NCBI GenBank assembly: GCA_963810095.1
Contig: CAWEMM010000012.1
Coordinates: 224,001-288,000, forward strand
DNA from: an uncultured Chloroflexia bacterium
GTDB taxonomy: Bacteria > Chloroflexota > Anaerolineae > CG2-30-64-16
Direction of reading: 5' to 3'
DNA length: 64,000 bases
Position numbers and translations under genes: made by a program. Of this stretch, positions 33,798-45,796 are shown in pieces (the first letter of the stretch is position 1; each line of letters starts with the position of its first letter). The notes under the pieces were generated by a model. That model saw only the letters and a program-made list of their open reading frames with translations, was not told the DNA's origin and searched no databases.

Positions 33798-34479
33798 CAA
33801 TCGAACGATCTCTCTCATTGACTGCTAAGTACACTGTGATACAAGTAACTAAGCTGTCCGCTGGCCGGAGCCCTTGATCGCGCGACTGCCACCCTCCGCG
33901 GCCGTCATGGCTTGCACCGTCGAGAGGCTTCCGGATGGCGCCTCGGAGACGTACTTCCGTGCCGCTCGGAGACATATTAGTCCGCATCGACGGACGCTCC
34001 GTAGAGGTACGTGAAGTCTCCCACCGCGCGGCGGGCCAAGATGGTCCAGGTTGCCTCGTGGGATACGGCCTGCTCGCCCTACTCCTTCGCGGGTGGCCGC
34101 TGCGCTCCTAACGCGTGGACCTCGTGCGTCAGGTCTTATTCGCACTCAGCTTGCCGCAGTGGCTGTTATTGTAGCGCTACCGCGCTCAGCAATGCTGCTT
34201 GGCTTCACTCACGGCCGGCGACACAGGGAGAGCAAGCGTCGTACGTCTACGTCGCAAAGCGCAGCGCCATGGATACTGCGGGGCTGCGTCGGGTGAGCCC
34301 GATCATGCCCGGCGATTGTTGCACGCTACTGCGCGGAGTATCTGGACAAGACAAGCGTCATGCGCTGCGGTTCGAGAACGACGATGCGGCCATCTACGAG
34401 GCAATCGATCCGCAACGCGCGGCCTCGTGCGGAATCTGCATACCGGCACTCGTGTCCAAAGGTGAATCGCATCGAGACA

Positions 34480-35350
34480 ATGATGCTGCCGTCGCCTTAC
34501 TTATCGACGACACAGGACTGCATCCGGAGGATGGGCCTACACGATCGGGTGCGGTTCCAGTCGTCGAGCCCACGGCCGCCGCTGTGCTCGCGCTCAGAGA
34601 CGGGCAGACGCCCGCGGCGACTCTGGAGAAGGCCGATGGCCTGGCTGAGGGGCTACAGCACCCGGACGGCGGCTGGGGCATGAGTGCGGAGGACGGCGAG
34701 AGCGGCTGGCACACGGCCTGGGCGATGCTGGCGCTGCGCAGGGCAGGAGGAGCGGCCGAGCCGCTGCATCGGCGCGGCCGAGTGGCTGCTGGCGGATCCC
34801 GTTTTTCAGAGCCAGGGTGACGAGATGCAGGCGGAGGCCCAGGAGCAGCTTGCCATCGACATCGCGTTGCGGGGCTGGCCTGGCTGCCCGGTCAGGCCGA
34901 GCTGGGTCGAGCCCACGGCGCTCGCGATCCTGGCACTTGACTCGGCTTGCCGACGACCCCAGCGCTTCGGCGCACGCGTCCAGGAGGCGGTCGACGTACC
35001 TGGTCGACCGCCGCTGTCACGCCGGTGGGGCTGGAACTTCGGCAACCCGGTCATGCTCGGCGCGGCGCTGCCGCCTCGCGCCCACACGACGGCGGTTACC
35101 CTGCTGGCGCTGGCCGAACGGCGGTGGCACAAGAGTCGAAGCCGGCGACATCGCGGCGCTGCGCCGGCAAATGGCTGCGCGAAGGCGGCGCGCTGGCGTT
35201 GGCATGGGGCCTGCTCGCGCTCAAGGTGCTCGGCGAGACGGTGGCCGGCATTCCGGCGCGGCTGGCAGCCTGCAGCGGAGGATGGGCGCTGGAACGGAAA
35301 CCCGTATCACACGGCGATGGCGCTGCTGGCAGAAAGGAGGGCCTGTGGAC
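34480..35350 (+). CDS. Prenyltransferase/squalene-cyclase-repeat (alpha/alpha toroid) protein (frameshifted)
   Basis: VEPTAAAVLAL, LQHPDGGWG, SWVEPTALAILAL, GWNFGN, TAVTLLAL. Confidence 0.75.
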
Positions 35351-36403
35351 GCACGGGTCGAGGGTCCGACAGCCGCCCCGCGAAGGAAATCACCGGCGCC
35401 GCAGGTGTTCTACGGCTGGCGGGGCTGGGCACGATTCGGCGGCGGAACTGCTCGCTCTGCTCAAGACGACCGAGCCCGTCGGCTTGGCCAACATGCTGCG
35501 CTGGACGGGCCGCGACCGGGTACTGGACTGGTTCGGCCGCGCCCGCCGTGGTCGGGCTGGTCGCGTGCCGCGTCCTATGCGGATGCCCTCAGCTGCCTGC
35601 GGGAGACCTGGCGCCTGGCGGCGATGCCGGATGTTGCGGGCAAGCGCGTGCTGGTCAAGCCGAACCTGATCGACGCCATCGAGGGCCATCCCGTCGACGA
35701 CGGCGCCGCAGATGGTGGCGGCGGTGGTCGACTTGCTGCAGGAGCTCGGCGCGGGCGAGATCGCGGTCGGCGACGGGCCCGGCTTCCACCGCGAAGCAGA
35801 GTCCGTCGCACGAGCTGTCGGCCTTGCCGCGGTCCTCTGGCGACCGCAAGCGTGCCCTTCGTCGACCTCAACTACGACGATCCCGCGCCGGTGCGGACGC
35901 AGGACGGCTGGTTTCGGAGCGAGCGCGCAGCTCTGGCTGCCCCGGCATGTGCGCGAGGCCGACCTGATCGTTTCCGTGCCCAAGCTCAAGACGCACCACT
36001 GGGCCGGCGTGACGCTGAGCCTGAAGAACCTGTTCGGCCTCGTGCCCGGCTGTCGCTACGGCTGGCCCAAGAACGTGCTGCATGTGCAATGGCATCGCGC
36101 CGAGCATCCTGGGCATCTACCAGACGGTGCGGACGGGTGGTGACGGTGGTGGATGGCATCGTCGGCATGGAGGGCGACGGGCCGCTGTTCGGCTCGCCGG
36201 TGCCCCACGGCTTGCTGGCGGTCTCGCGCGATCCGGTCGCCGCCGACATCACTTGCGCTGGTCTGATGGGGTTCGCCCTCGATGAGATCGCATACTTGAG
36301 CCTGGCAGGGGCGACGGGAATCGGCTCGACGGAGAATATAGAGGTGCGCGGCGCGGACCCGGCGGGGCTGCGCCGCACCTACGAACGGCCGCCGGCCGCG
36401 TAG
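35345..36403 (+). CDS. DUF362 protein, possible Tat signal (frameshifted)
   Basis: RVLVKPNL, FVDLN, VPKLKTHHWAGVTLSLKNLFG, GWPKNVLH, DGIVGMEGDGP, DPVAAD; RBS aaggagg. Confidence 0.85.
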   Translation: MDARVEGPTAAPRRKSPAPQVFYGWRGWARFGGGTARSAQDDRARRLGQHAALDGPRPGTGLVRPRPPWSGWSRAASYADALSCLRETWRLAAMPDVAGKRVLVKPNLIDAIEGHPVDDGAADGGGGGRLAAGARRGRDRGRRRARLPPRSRVRRTSCRPCRGPLATASVPFVDLNYDDPAPVRTQDGWFRSERAALAAPACARGRPDRFRAQAQDAPLGRRDAEPEEPVRPRARLSLRLAQERAACAMASRRASWASTRRCGRVVTVVDGIVGMEGDGPLFGSPVPHGLLAVSRDPVAADITCAGLMGFALDEIAYLSLAGATGIGSTENIEVRGADPAGLRRTYERPPAA

Positions 36404-36598
36404 CGTCGTCTTCGCACCCGATTGCGGCCTGCGTGGTCCCGCACGAGGGTCTTGCCGAGGGTGATCTGAGTGACGGGGCACAGTTCGTTGTCAAACATTT
36501 GCGAACGGCAGAATTGACGCAACCTCTCCTTCATGCTATAAGAATCTTCGCCGCCCATCGCCGCCTCGCCGAATCCAACGTCCGTTACCTGAGGTCCC

Positions 36599-37499
36599 AT
36601 GCCGCTTGGCGGAGTCACAGTTCGCGCCGATTGGCAGGTTATCGAGAAACGCGAGCAATCTGAACGCGCCGCCCGGCGCGCAACCCTTCAGCTTGCGGTT
36701 ATCGCGTATGGACTGATCGCACTTGCGATCGTCGCACTGCCGGCCGCGGCTCGCCTGCTGCAGTTGTTCCAGGTCGCACTCTTCGCGGCCGCCTTCCTGT
36801 TCATGCCGCTCTTTACGACGGTCAAGGGCAGGGCAGGCGACCGCCGGACATTGGCGGTCACTATCGCGGCGTTGTGCTTGCGGTCGTCCTCGCGTCCTGA
36901 CCTCGCCGTTCATCGATAGTAATTCACCCCTTCCGTCCGGCCTCATCTCGCCCTGGTTCAGCCTGCTCATCCCGCCCGGCATGGTCGTGCTGCTCCACTG
37001 GATCACCCACCGCCACCCGGGCCTCTCGCACGAAATTGGGCTGACCCGGCGGGCCGCGCCCTACCAGGCCGCCATCGGCATCAGCCTCGGCGTTGCGCTG
37101 GGCCTCAACCTCTGGATCGTGGCCGGCGCCGTGCCCGGAGGCCCCCGCCCTGCTCTGCCGCCCCCAAGCACGCTGGCCTGGCTGCTGGCGACGGGAACTG
37201 CGTTGACCGCATTAGGGGAGGAGCTGACGCTGCGCGGCGTCTTGTTCCGCATGTTCGCGGCCGAATCACACGGGCTGCGCCTGTCGGTGTTCTTGCGCAT
37301 CGTCACGCTCGGTGCGCCGCTTTACATCGCGCCCGTCATGCTCAGCCTCCAAGCGCGTGCGATCCCGATGGGCCTGCTGTACGGCACGCTCTTTGGCGTC
37401 CTTGCCATCGTACTACGCGCGAGCCTGAGGAGCATTACCGCGTCGCTTGCCGCCAACGTCATGTTTAGCCTGTTCATGGCCCTGGTCGTTCTCGCATGA
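36599..37499 (+). CDS. CPBP/Rce1-like intramembrane protease homologue with degenerate motifs (frameshifted)
   Basis: GEELTLRG motif 1; multiple TMs; expected motif-4 His position reads ANV. Confidence 0.6.
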
Positions 37500-39865
37500 T
37501 CGACCTTCCCCGCGCCCCGCGCATCATCCCGCCGAGTCTCCGGACGGGATTTCCGCTGGCTGCGGGCGTCCTGGCCGCGCTGGCGATGGCGGCTCTCTAC
37601 ATCACGGCCGTTGCCGAACCTCGGTTGATCCCGTTCGCCCGACTGTTCGCGTTTCTCCCCGTCGGGCTCTCGTCCTATAGCCGCCGCAACTGGCTCCCCG
37701 GGCTATCCTACACGGCGCTCTTCGGCTTCACATTCATCTGGCAGGCGGGGTGGACCGCGTTCGCGGGCGACCCTCATGCCGATGTTGCCGGCGCACTCAG
37801 CTCATCCCTTCTGCTGCTCGGCACGTCGCTTGCGCTGCACAGCATTGCGGCGGCCCACGGCACCCGCGAGGCGCTGGCCGACGCTGCACGGGAGCGGGGA
37901 GAATTGCTCGAGCGAACCACGAGCCTCGACCGCGTCGCCTGGTTCGTGTCGCAGGAGGCCATGGCCGACCTGCGTGCCGAGGACGCGGGCCTGATGGTGC
38001 GCAACCCGGTCGATGAGCGGTGGGAGTTGTACACCCGGCAGACGATCGTGCCGGCAGCGCAGGAACCGATAGGTGGGCCGCTGCGCTTGACCGATTGGCT
38101 GGCCGGCCGCGAACGCGAGACCATCATCGACGATCTTTGGTCGGACAGGCGCTTCGAGGGGGACGACCGCTGGCGGTCGCTGCTTGCCAAGCCGCTGCGC
38201 GATCCCGGCGGCCGGCTGCTGGCCGTCCTCGTGCTGACGCACACGTATCCCGGCATGTTCGGACCGGAAGACATCACCGCGCTCGAGCGGCTGGCCGGGT
38301 CTGCCGAGACCGCACTCGGGCATGCCAGCGCCTACGAGCGGGCGGGTTGGGCGTCCGAGCGCCTGGCTCGGCAGCTCGCAGCCATCCAGAGAACCGCACG
38401 CGAGCTGAATGCGGAACTCCAGCCTGAAGCCATCGCCGGGCGAACACTTGACTGCGCGATGGAAATCACCGGCGCGGACGCGGGCGCGATTCTCGTCGAG
38501 GCCGGCGAGCTTCCGGCCGCTTGTGCGCAGCACGACGGGGGGCCTGGGCGACCCCTCGCGTCAACTGCTGCGCGCAGCTTCTGCCGAGACCCGAGCCAGC
38601 CTGGAAGAGGGCGAGGCGGATGGCCTGCTCCTCCCGTCCGCAGGCAGCCGGCTGCTTGCGCCCATCCGCCGGGAATCGCGACCGTTTGGCGCGATCGTAC
38701 TCGAAAGTGCCACGACGGGTGCGTTCAATAGTCAGGACGTGCAGGCAGTCACAAGTCTCACGAACCACGCCGCCGTGGCGCTCGAAAACGCCCGGCTCTT
38801 CGCTCAGATCCAGGCAGAACGGGAAAAGTCGCAGCAGATTGTGCTCAACATCGCCGACGGCGTGCTGACGCTGGACGCCAGTCGGCGCCTGACCAGCCTC
38901 AATCCCGCCGCCGAGCGCCTGGTGGGGCGGGCTGCCGGCGACGCGCTGGGCCAGGGCTTGTGCGAGCTGCTGGATTGCGGCGCAGAGGACTGCCCCGGGG
39001 CCTGTCTCCAGGCTGGAGAGGATCGTGTCCGGCGAGGAAGGCCTCGAGCGCCGCTGGCGGCGCAGATCAGACGACGAGACGGGTCCACTGCTGAAGCTGA
39101 GCGCAGGGCCCCTTCTCCTGCCCGAGCGTGGCGCGGTGGTCTTGCTCCACGACGTCACCCGCGAGGAGGAGTTGGCCCGGTTCCAACGCGAGCTGGTGTC
39201 GACCTTCTCCCACGAGCTGCGCTCGCCCGCTGGCAAACATCGACGCCGTGGCCGACCTGCTGCTGGCAGGCAGCGAACCGGAGCGGAACGGCCGCTGGCG
39301 CGAGATGCTCGAGCTGCTCAAGCAGCAGAGCCACCGCCTGGCGGGCCTGGCCGAGCGAACGCTGGACGTGGCCCGGCTGGACGACGGCCGCTGGCGCCTG
39401 GAGCCTCGGCCGCTGCCCGCAGCCAGGACGGCCGAGGAGGCCCTCGAGCGCTGGCGCTTGGGCTTGCCCGGTCACATGCTGTGCCTGGAGGCCGCGGCGG
39501 ACGCCGGCTGGGTCTGGGCCGACGAGGTGGCCGTCAACACCGTGCTGGATAACCTGATCGACAACGCGGCCAAGTATTCGCCTCCGGGCACCACGATCAA
39601 GGTCTGCGTGGGCGCGGGCGAGCCGGGTTTCGTCGCCTTCGCGGTGGAAGACCAGGGACCCGGCATCGCGCCCGAGCAACGGTCACGCGTGTTCCAGCGC
39701 TTCCGCCGGGGCGACGCAAGTGATTCGCAGCGTGTGTATGGCTATGGTCTGGGCCTCTACGTGTCCGAGCGCTTGGTTCAGGCCATGGGCGGGCGGATTT
39801 GGGTCGAGCCGGGACCGGTGGCAGGGAGCCGCTTTGTGTTTACGCTGCCGGTAAGAGAGGGGTAG
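37496..39865 (+). CDS. Membrane sensor histidine kinase (TM-GAF-GAF-PAS-HisKA-HATPase; frameshifted)
   Basis: AAVALENARLF GAF end, LNPAAERL PAS, FSHELRSP, NLIDNAAKYS, DQGPGI, GLGL. Confidence 0.9.
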
Positions 39866-39869
39866 TCAC

Positions 39870-40551
39870 GTGAAGCTCCTGGTAGTCGAGGACAACACCA
39901 CCCTCAACGACCTGATCTGCGAATACTGCAAGGGGCAGGGCTACGAAACGTTCGAGCGCGTCGACGGGCGAGGACGCGCTGAAGCTGGCCGAGATGTGTC
40001 AAGCCCGATCTCGTCCTGCTCGACGTGATGATGCCCGGCATGGACGGCTGGGAAGTGATCAAGCGCCTGCGAGGCACATCCGATGTGCCGGTGCTGTTCC
40101 TGACGGGCAAAGGCACGGGCGAAGATGTCGTCCAGGGTCTCAAGCTGGGCGCGGACGACTACATCAAGAAGCCGGTGAGCATGGAGGAGCTGGGACTGCG
40201 GGTTGCGGCTGTGCTCAGGCGCTCGAACCGGGAAGAGACGCCCCTTGCGCAGTTCGACGACGGCCATTTGCACATCGACATGGCGCGGCGGCTGGTGACC
40301 CTGGGGGGCAGCTCGTCAAGCTGACGCCGACCGAGTTCCGGTTGCTGAGCTATCTCGTGGCGAACCGCAGCCGGGCCGTGCCCCGCCAGGAGCTGCTCAC
40401 CGAGGTCTGGGGGCCTTCCTACGCCGAGGACGTTTCAAACCTGCAGGTCTACATCCGCTACCTGCGCGAGAAGCTGGACGACACGGGCGATCCGCCTCGG
40501 TATATCCACACGACCTGGGGGGTGGGCTACCGGTTCGGGTCGGGCAAATGA
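39870..40551 (+). CDS. OmpR-family response regulator (frameshifted)
   Basis: [50 protein letters not shown]. Confidence 0.92.
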
Positions 40552-40566
40552 CCGGGTAATGGGCGG

Positions 40567-40629
40567 ATTGTCACAGAGGATTTCTAAGAAATTCCAAAGG
40601 ATCATTTCAGTGGTGTCTCATGGTATAGT
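40567..40629 (+). promoter_or_regulatory. flp promoter region: extended -10 with upstream imperfect direct repeats
   Basis: TGGTATAGT at 40621; attgtcacaga, atttctaaga and attccaaagg upstream; no clear -35. Confidence 0.5.
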
Positions 40630-40712
40630 CTGGGCACAAAGGTAAGTCAATCCTGTATGAGTAATCCTGCTTAAGTAGAATTACCAACCGAACCACCAGA
40701 GAAGGAGACACC

Positions 40713-40932
40713 ATGTTGACCCAGTTCTACTTCAACGTCTACAACTACCTGAACAACCTGCTCCACCGCGAAGAGGGCCAGGACCTGGCGGAGTATGCGA
40801 TCCTGCTCGGCCTGATCGCGCTTGTCGGTAATCGCTGTGGTTACTGCTCTTGGCGGCCAGATCAGCAACTATCTTCAACGAACATCGGTACCACCTTGGC
40901 CAGCGCTGGTATTCCGGCCGGCGGACAGCTGA
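40713..40932 (+). CDS. flp: Flp major prepilin (indels)
   Basis: REEG|QDLAEYAILLGLIALV with E5/Y6 Flp motif, then VIAVVTALGGQIS..IF.NIGTTL; RBS aaggag. Confidence 0.92.
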
Positions 40933-40970
40933 GTCACGCGACCGCGGCCCGTAGTGCGGAGGTTTCGCAG

Positions 40971-41016
40971 CGAGGGCGGGCACAGCCATGGGCGGCCCTG
41001 CCCTCGTGTGTCTTTC
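40971..41016 (+). terminator. Putative terminator after flp
   Basis: cgagggcgggc...gccctgccctcg followed by tgtgtcttt. Confidence 0.4.
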
Positions 41017-41094
41017 GTAGAAGTGTCGCGACGCGCATCGCCAGGAGACCTCCGGGCGACGTCGTGCGGCACCTGTTGGCAGTCGAGCAATCCT

Positions 41095-41125
41095 TTGACA
41101 CCCTGTGCGGCGGTCAGGCTATACT
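41095..41125 (+). promoter_or_regulatory. Putative sigma70 promoter of the tad assembly operon
   Basis: TTGACA-19 nt-TATACT; the spacer may include erroneous insertions. Confidence 0.55.
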
Positions 41126-41216
41126 CATAGAGTCGCTCAGAGATGGAGACCTGACCGCCCCGGTGTCTGACATGGCCACTCGTGCATTCGTTGTCCGGTC
41201 GTTTGGAGTTTCAACG

Positions 41217-41680
41217 ATGATGATGGCTGTGCCTGACCTTCAGTACCGGCGTTGCACTAGGATGCACGCGAGCGCGGGCAGGACCTGGCCGAGTTCGCCA
41301 TCGTGCTGCCCGTCCTGCTCCTGCTGATCCTCGGCATCATCGAGTTCGGCATCCTCGTTTACGACTACAACACGATCTCGAACGCGGCGCGCGAGGGCGC
41401 GCGCTACGGCATCGTACACCCAAGCACGAACGGTAACGGTACGTGCGCCGCGCCGGGAGCCAATAGCATTCTGACTGCGGCCTGTAACCTTACCACCGCC
41501 CTTGTGCCCGGGGAAGTAATCGTTACGACGACCAATTGTTCGAGCAACGGTCCCCTGGGGTGCCTGACGGTCGAGGTCACGTACGACGCATCGCTAATCA
41601 CCGCGCCCATCATCCAGGCGGTTGGGGGCTCGGGCACGATCACCATTACCACATCTGCAACCATGGACAAAGAACAATAA
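41217..41680 (+). CDS. tadE: TadE-like minor pilin (frameshifted)
   Basis: G|QDLAEFAIVLPVLLLLILGIIEFG...NAAREGARYG. Confidence 0.9.
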
Positions 41681-41689
41681 GGAGCACTT

Positions 41690-42478
41690 ATGGCACGCAC
41701 GCGCGGATGCATCTGGCTGGTTGCCGGCGTCATCGTCGCGCTGCTGGCGGGCGTCGTCGGCTTCGTCGCCCTCCGGGGCGCGCAGAACCAGCAGGCGCCG
41801 CAGGCCGCGCAGGCCGGCGGGCGCCACTGTCAAGGTGGTGACGGCGGCCCAGGCCGTGCCCATCCGCACGCTGCTCACAGACCAGATGCTGGCGGTCAAG
41901 GACATGCCCGTCCAGGTCGTGCCCGAGGCTACGTCGCCGACCCGGCGCAGGCGGTGGGCAAGATCGCGACCACCGAACTGGCGGCCGGCGAGATCCTGCT
42001 GGCCAGCCGGCTGGTCGATCCCGACGTGGTCGCGGCGAACGGACGAGATGGCGCTGGTGATGAACCGAGGACCAGGTGCTGCTGGCGTTCCCGGCGAACG
42101 ACCTGATGAACGGCCTGGGCGTCCTCAAGCCCGGCGACCACGTCGACCTGCTCTTCTCGATGACCTTCCCGGACCGGACCGGCGGGCGCGGAGGGCGAGA
42201 ACAAGGAACTGGTCGCATTCAACGCGCTGCAGAACGTGACGCTGGCCGCGATCGTCGGCGGGCAGCCGGACGAGAACGGCAATGCCGGCCAGGCGAAGGC
42301 GCTGCTCCTGACCATCACGCCGCAGGACGCGCTGACGCTGAAGTACCTGAAGGATGCCGGCGCGGTGATGGACGTCGTGCTGCGCGCTCCCGGCGCCGAG
42401 CAGCCGTTTGAGGTCGAGCCGGTGGACATGGACCGGCTGATCAACGAGTACCGGATTCCGGCGGCCATCGGGCGGTAA
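41690..42478 (+). CDS. cpaB: Flp pilus assembly protein CpaB/RcpC (frameshifted)
   Basis: TM, SAF-like VVTAAQAVP..AVGK..LAAGEILL, LKPGDHVDLL, LQNVTLAA, LLLTITPQDA. Confidence 0.88.
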
Positions 42479-42554
42479 TGCGATCGCGCAACGCTGCGAG
42501 CGTAACTCGATGCGGCCTGAGTAGTACGATCACGAGACGAGTGCGGAGGGATGA

Positions 42555-43797
42555 TTGGCTAGTCTGGTTCCCGGCGAGACGCTGCGGGTCCTGCTGGTCA
42601 GCACCGAAGAGGAAATGCGCGAGACGGTCGGCGACAGCCTGGCAAGGCTCGGCGGGCGACCACCGGCTCTACTGGGTGTCGCAGCCCGACCTCGCGCCCG
42701 GCCGCGCCAGCGACCTGATCCCGCACGTCATCCTGGTCGACGACGAGCTGGCGGGCGCCAGCGTGACCGGGCTCATCGGCCTGCTGGCCCAGCGCGCGCC
42801 GCGGGCCGCCATCCTGGCGCTGGTCGAGCCGCGCGAGCGTCAGCACGGCGCAGGCGGCCATGCTGGCCGGCGCCCGGGGCTTCCTCCTCAAGCCGCTCGA
42901 CGCGCGACGAGCTGGGCAACGCGCTGCGCCAGGTGCTGGCGCAGCGCGGACCCGACCGGCGTGCCGGACGCACCAGCCGCTCGTCTCCGGCCGGATCATT
43001 GCGTTCTGCGCGCCGAAGGGCGGCACCGGGCGCACCACCCTCGCCATCAACACGACGATCGCGCTCCAGCAGATCAGCAAGCGGGCGGCCGTCCTCGTGG
43101 ATGCCGACTACGCCGCGCCGGCGCTCGACGTCGCGCTGAACCTGGACTCCAGCCGCAACATCGTCGACCTGCTGCCCAAGCTCGCCCGGCTCGACGCCGA
43201 TCTCGTGTCGGGCGTGCTGGCCACGCACGCGTCGGGCATCCGGGTGCTGCTGGCCCCGCCCCCCGCCGACCTGACGCACCCGATCTCGCTGCCCCAGGTG
43301 CAGCAGGTGCTGGCAACGCTCAAGCGCATGTTCCCCTGGGTCGTGGTCGACCTCGGCCTGCCGATGGACGAGACGGCCTTCGCCTTCCTCGACAGCGCCG
43401 ACCGGATCGTCATGTCGGTGCTGCCCGAGATGGTCGGCCTGCGCAACACCCGCCTGATGCTGGACCAGCTGCACGAGCGGGGCTACCCCTCGGAGAAGAT
43501 CTGGCTGGTGCTGAACCGGGCGGACATGCGCGGCGGCGTCTCCGTGCCGGACATCGAGGAGCGGCTGCGCGATTCGCGTGCGCTACAAGATCCCCGACGA
43601 CCAGGCGCTGGCGACGTACAGCGTCAACCGGGGCGTGCCCGTTGATGATGAGCCACGGCGACAGCCGGCTGGCCAAGGCCGTCCGCGGCTTTGCGACCGA
43701 GCTGGCCCGCGAAGTGATGGGCCCGGACGCGCTCGACGAGCCGTCCAACGGGCTGTTCGCGCGCTTCCGCGGCCGCCCGGCGGCGGCGGAGTCCTGA
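42555..43797 (+). CDS. cpaE: CpaE/TadZ receiver-ParA-like ATPase (frameshifted)
   Basis: Receiver-like N-terminus; [35 protein letters not shown]. Confidence 0.88.
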
Positions 43798-43800
43798 GCC

Positions 43801-44760
43801 ATGACGAGCATGCCGCTGGCGTTCAGCATCCTGGTCGCCGGGGCCGTGCTGCTGGGCTTCATCGGGCTTTGGCGCCTGACGCACCGCGAAGATGCCGTCG
43901 AGGCGCGCCTGCGGCAGTATGGCGGCGCCGGACCGCAGTCGGCGCCTGGCGCCGGCGGTGCAGCGCGGAGCGAAAGCGGTTCGGCGGCCTGAACCGGTCG
44001 CTCGGCCGCATGAGCCTGGGCGAGTCGATCGCCGACCGGCTGTCGCGCGCCGACCTGCCGCTGACGGTCGCCGAGTTCGTGCTGATCGGCTGCTCGTTGG
44101 CGGCGGGCTTGGCGCTGCTCGGCTGGCTGCGCGGCGGCGTCCTCTTGGCTGCGGTCCTGGGCATCGCCGGCTTGTTCCTGCCGCTCATCTACCTCAACAG
44201 CGCGGGCCAGCAAGCGCCGCGAGGCGTTCACCAGCCAACTGCCCGACGTCCTGACCCTGCTGGTCGGCGCGCTGCGCGCCGGGTACGGCGTGACCCAGGC
44301 CATCGACATGCTGGTCGACCGGATGGCCAAGCCGGCGTCGGTCGAGTTCGGCCGGGTGATGCGGGCCGTCAACCTGGGCATCCCGGTGAACCGGGCCTTG
44401 AACGACATGGCGGACCGGGCTGGCAGCGACGACCTCTACCTGATGGTGACTGCCATGAACGTCCAGGCCGAGTTGGGCGGCAACCTGGCCCAAATCCTGG
44501 AGACGATCACGGAGACGATCCGGGAGCGCATCCGCATCAAGCGCGAGATTCGGGTCCTGACGTCGCAGCAGCGCATGACCGGCTACCTGCTCGCCGCCTT
44601 GCCCATCGTCGTTCGGGCTCGTCATCTCGTTGATCAGCCCGGACTACCTCGCGCCGCTGTTCGAGCCCGGGATCGATGCGGCTCGTGCTGGTCGGCACGT
44701 GTGTTCATGATGATCGTCGGGTTCCTGGTCATCCGCAAGATCGTGGACATCGAGGTCTAG
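43801..44760 (+). CDS. tadB: TadB platform protein (frameshifted)
   Basis: QLPDVL..LRAGYG, GGNLAQILETITETIRER. Confidence 0.9.
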
Positions 44761-44764
44761 CGCG

Positions 44765-45752
44765 ATGGACATCGCACGCGATCATCGAGCAGTTCGGGCC
44801 CTTGTGGTCGCCGGTGACCTTTGCGGCGCTCCTGGCGCCTGGCGACCGCGCTTCGCCTGGATGGCTTTCCGGCCGCCGCCCCCGCCGCGACGTCTCAGAC
44901 CGCCTCAACGACTACCTCGACCGCGGCGACATCGTCATCGAAGAGGACCTGCGCGCAGCCGTTCTTCCGCCGCGCCATCTGGCCGGCGCTACGCGGCGTG
45001 CTGCGCTTCCTGGGCCGGCTCCTGCCCAATCGGAACCTGGAGGCGACGCGGCAGAAGCTGCAGCAGGCGGGCAACCCGGGCGGGCTCAGCGCGCTCGACT
45101 TCTACGGCATTCGGGTGCTGGCCGTTCTGCTGCTTCGGCGGCCTGATCTTCTTCTTGAGCCTGCAGCAACCAGTCGCTGCTCCTGGCGCTGCGCAATGCG
45201 CTGTTGGGCTGCGTGTCTGGGCTTCCTGCTGCCCGTCTACTGGCTGCGGACCAAGGTCCGGCAGCCGCAAGAACAAGATCCTGCGCGCCCTGCCCGACGC
45301 CCTGGACATGCTGACGATCGGCGTGGAGGCAGGGCTGGCGTTCGAGTCGGCGATGATCCGGGTGGGCGAGAAGTGGGACAACGCGCTCACGCGCGAGTTC
45401 CAGCGAGCGGTGGCCGAGATGCGGGTGGGCATGAGCCGCGAGGATGCGCTGACGCGGATGGCCGAGCGGTGCGGCGTGCCCGAGCTGTCGACCTTCGTCG
45501 CCGTGCTGGTCCAGTCGAGCCAGCTCGGCGTCAGCATCGCCCAGGTGCTGCACACGCAGGCCGAGCGAGATGCGCCTGAAGCGGCGGCAGCGGGCCGAGG
45601 AACTGGCCCGCCAGGCGGGCATCAAGATGATCATCCCGCTGGCGCTGTTCGTGCTGCCGGCGCTGTTTATGGTCATCCTGGGCCCGATCGTTCCCGCGCT
45701 GCTGGACGTGTTCAGTGTTGTTGGCGGACGAGCCTGGGCGGCGCTCCCGTGA
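44765..45752 (+). CDS. tadC: TadC platform protein (frameshifted)
   Basis: LPDALDMLTIGVEAGLAF, QSSQLGVSIAQVL, RRQRAEE..KMIIPL. Confidence 0.9.
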
Positions 45753-45796
45753 GGCAGAGACGTGAGTGCGATGAGCTGCGATATGAGGATGCGCGT

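Noticed and set aside
34480-35350. Squalene-hopene cyclase or terpene cluster
   Set aside because: About 290 aa single toroid, no DxDD motif seen and no isoprenoid genes nearby
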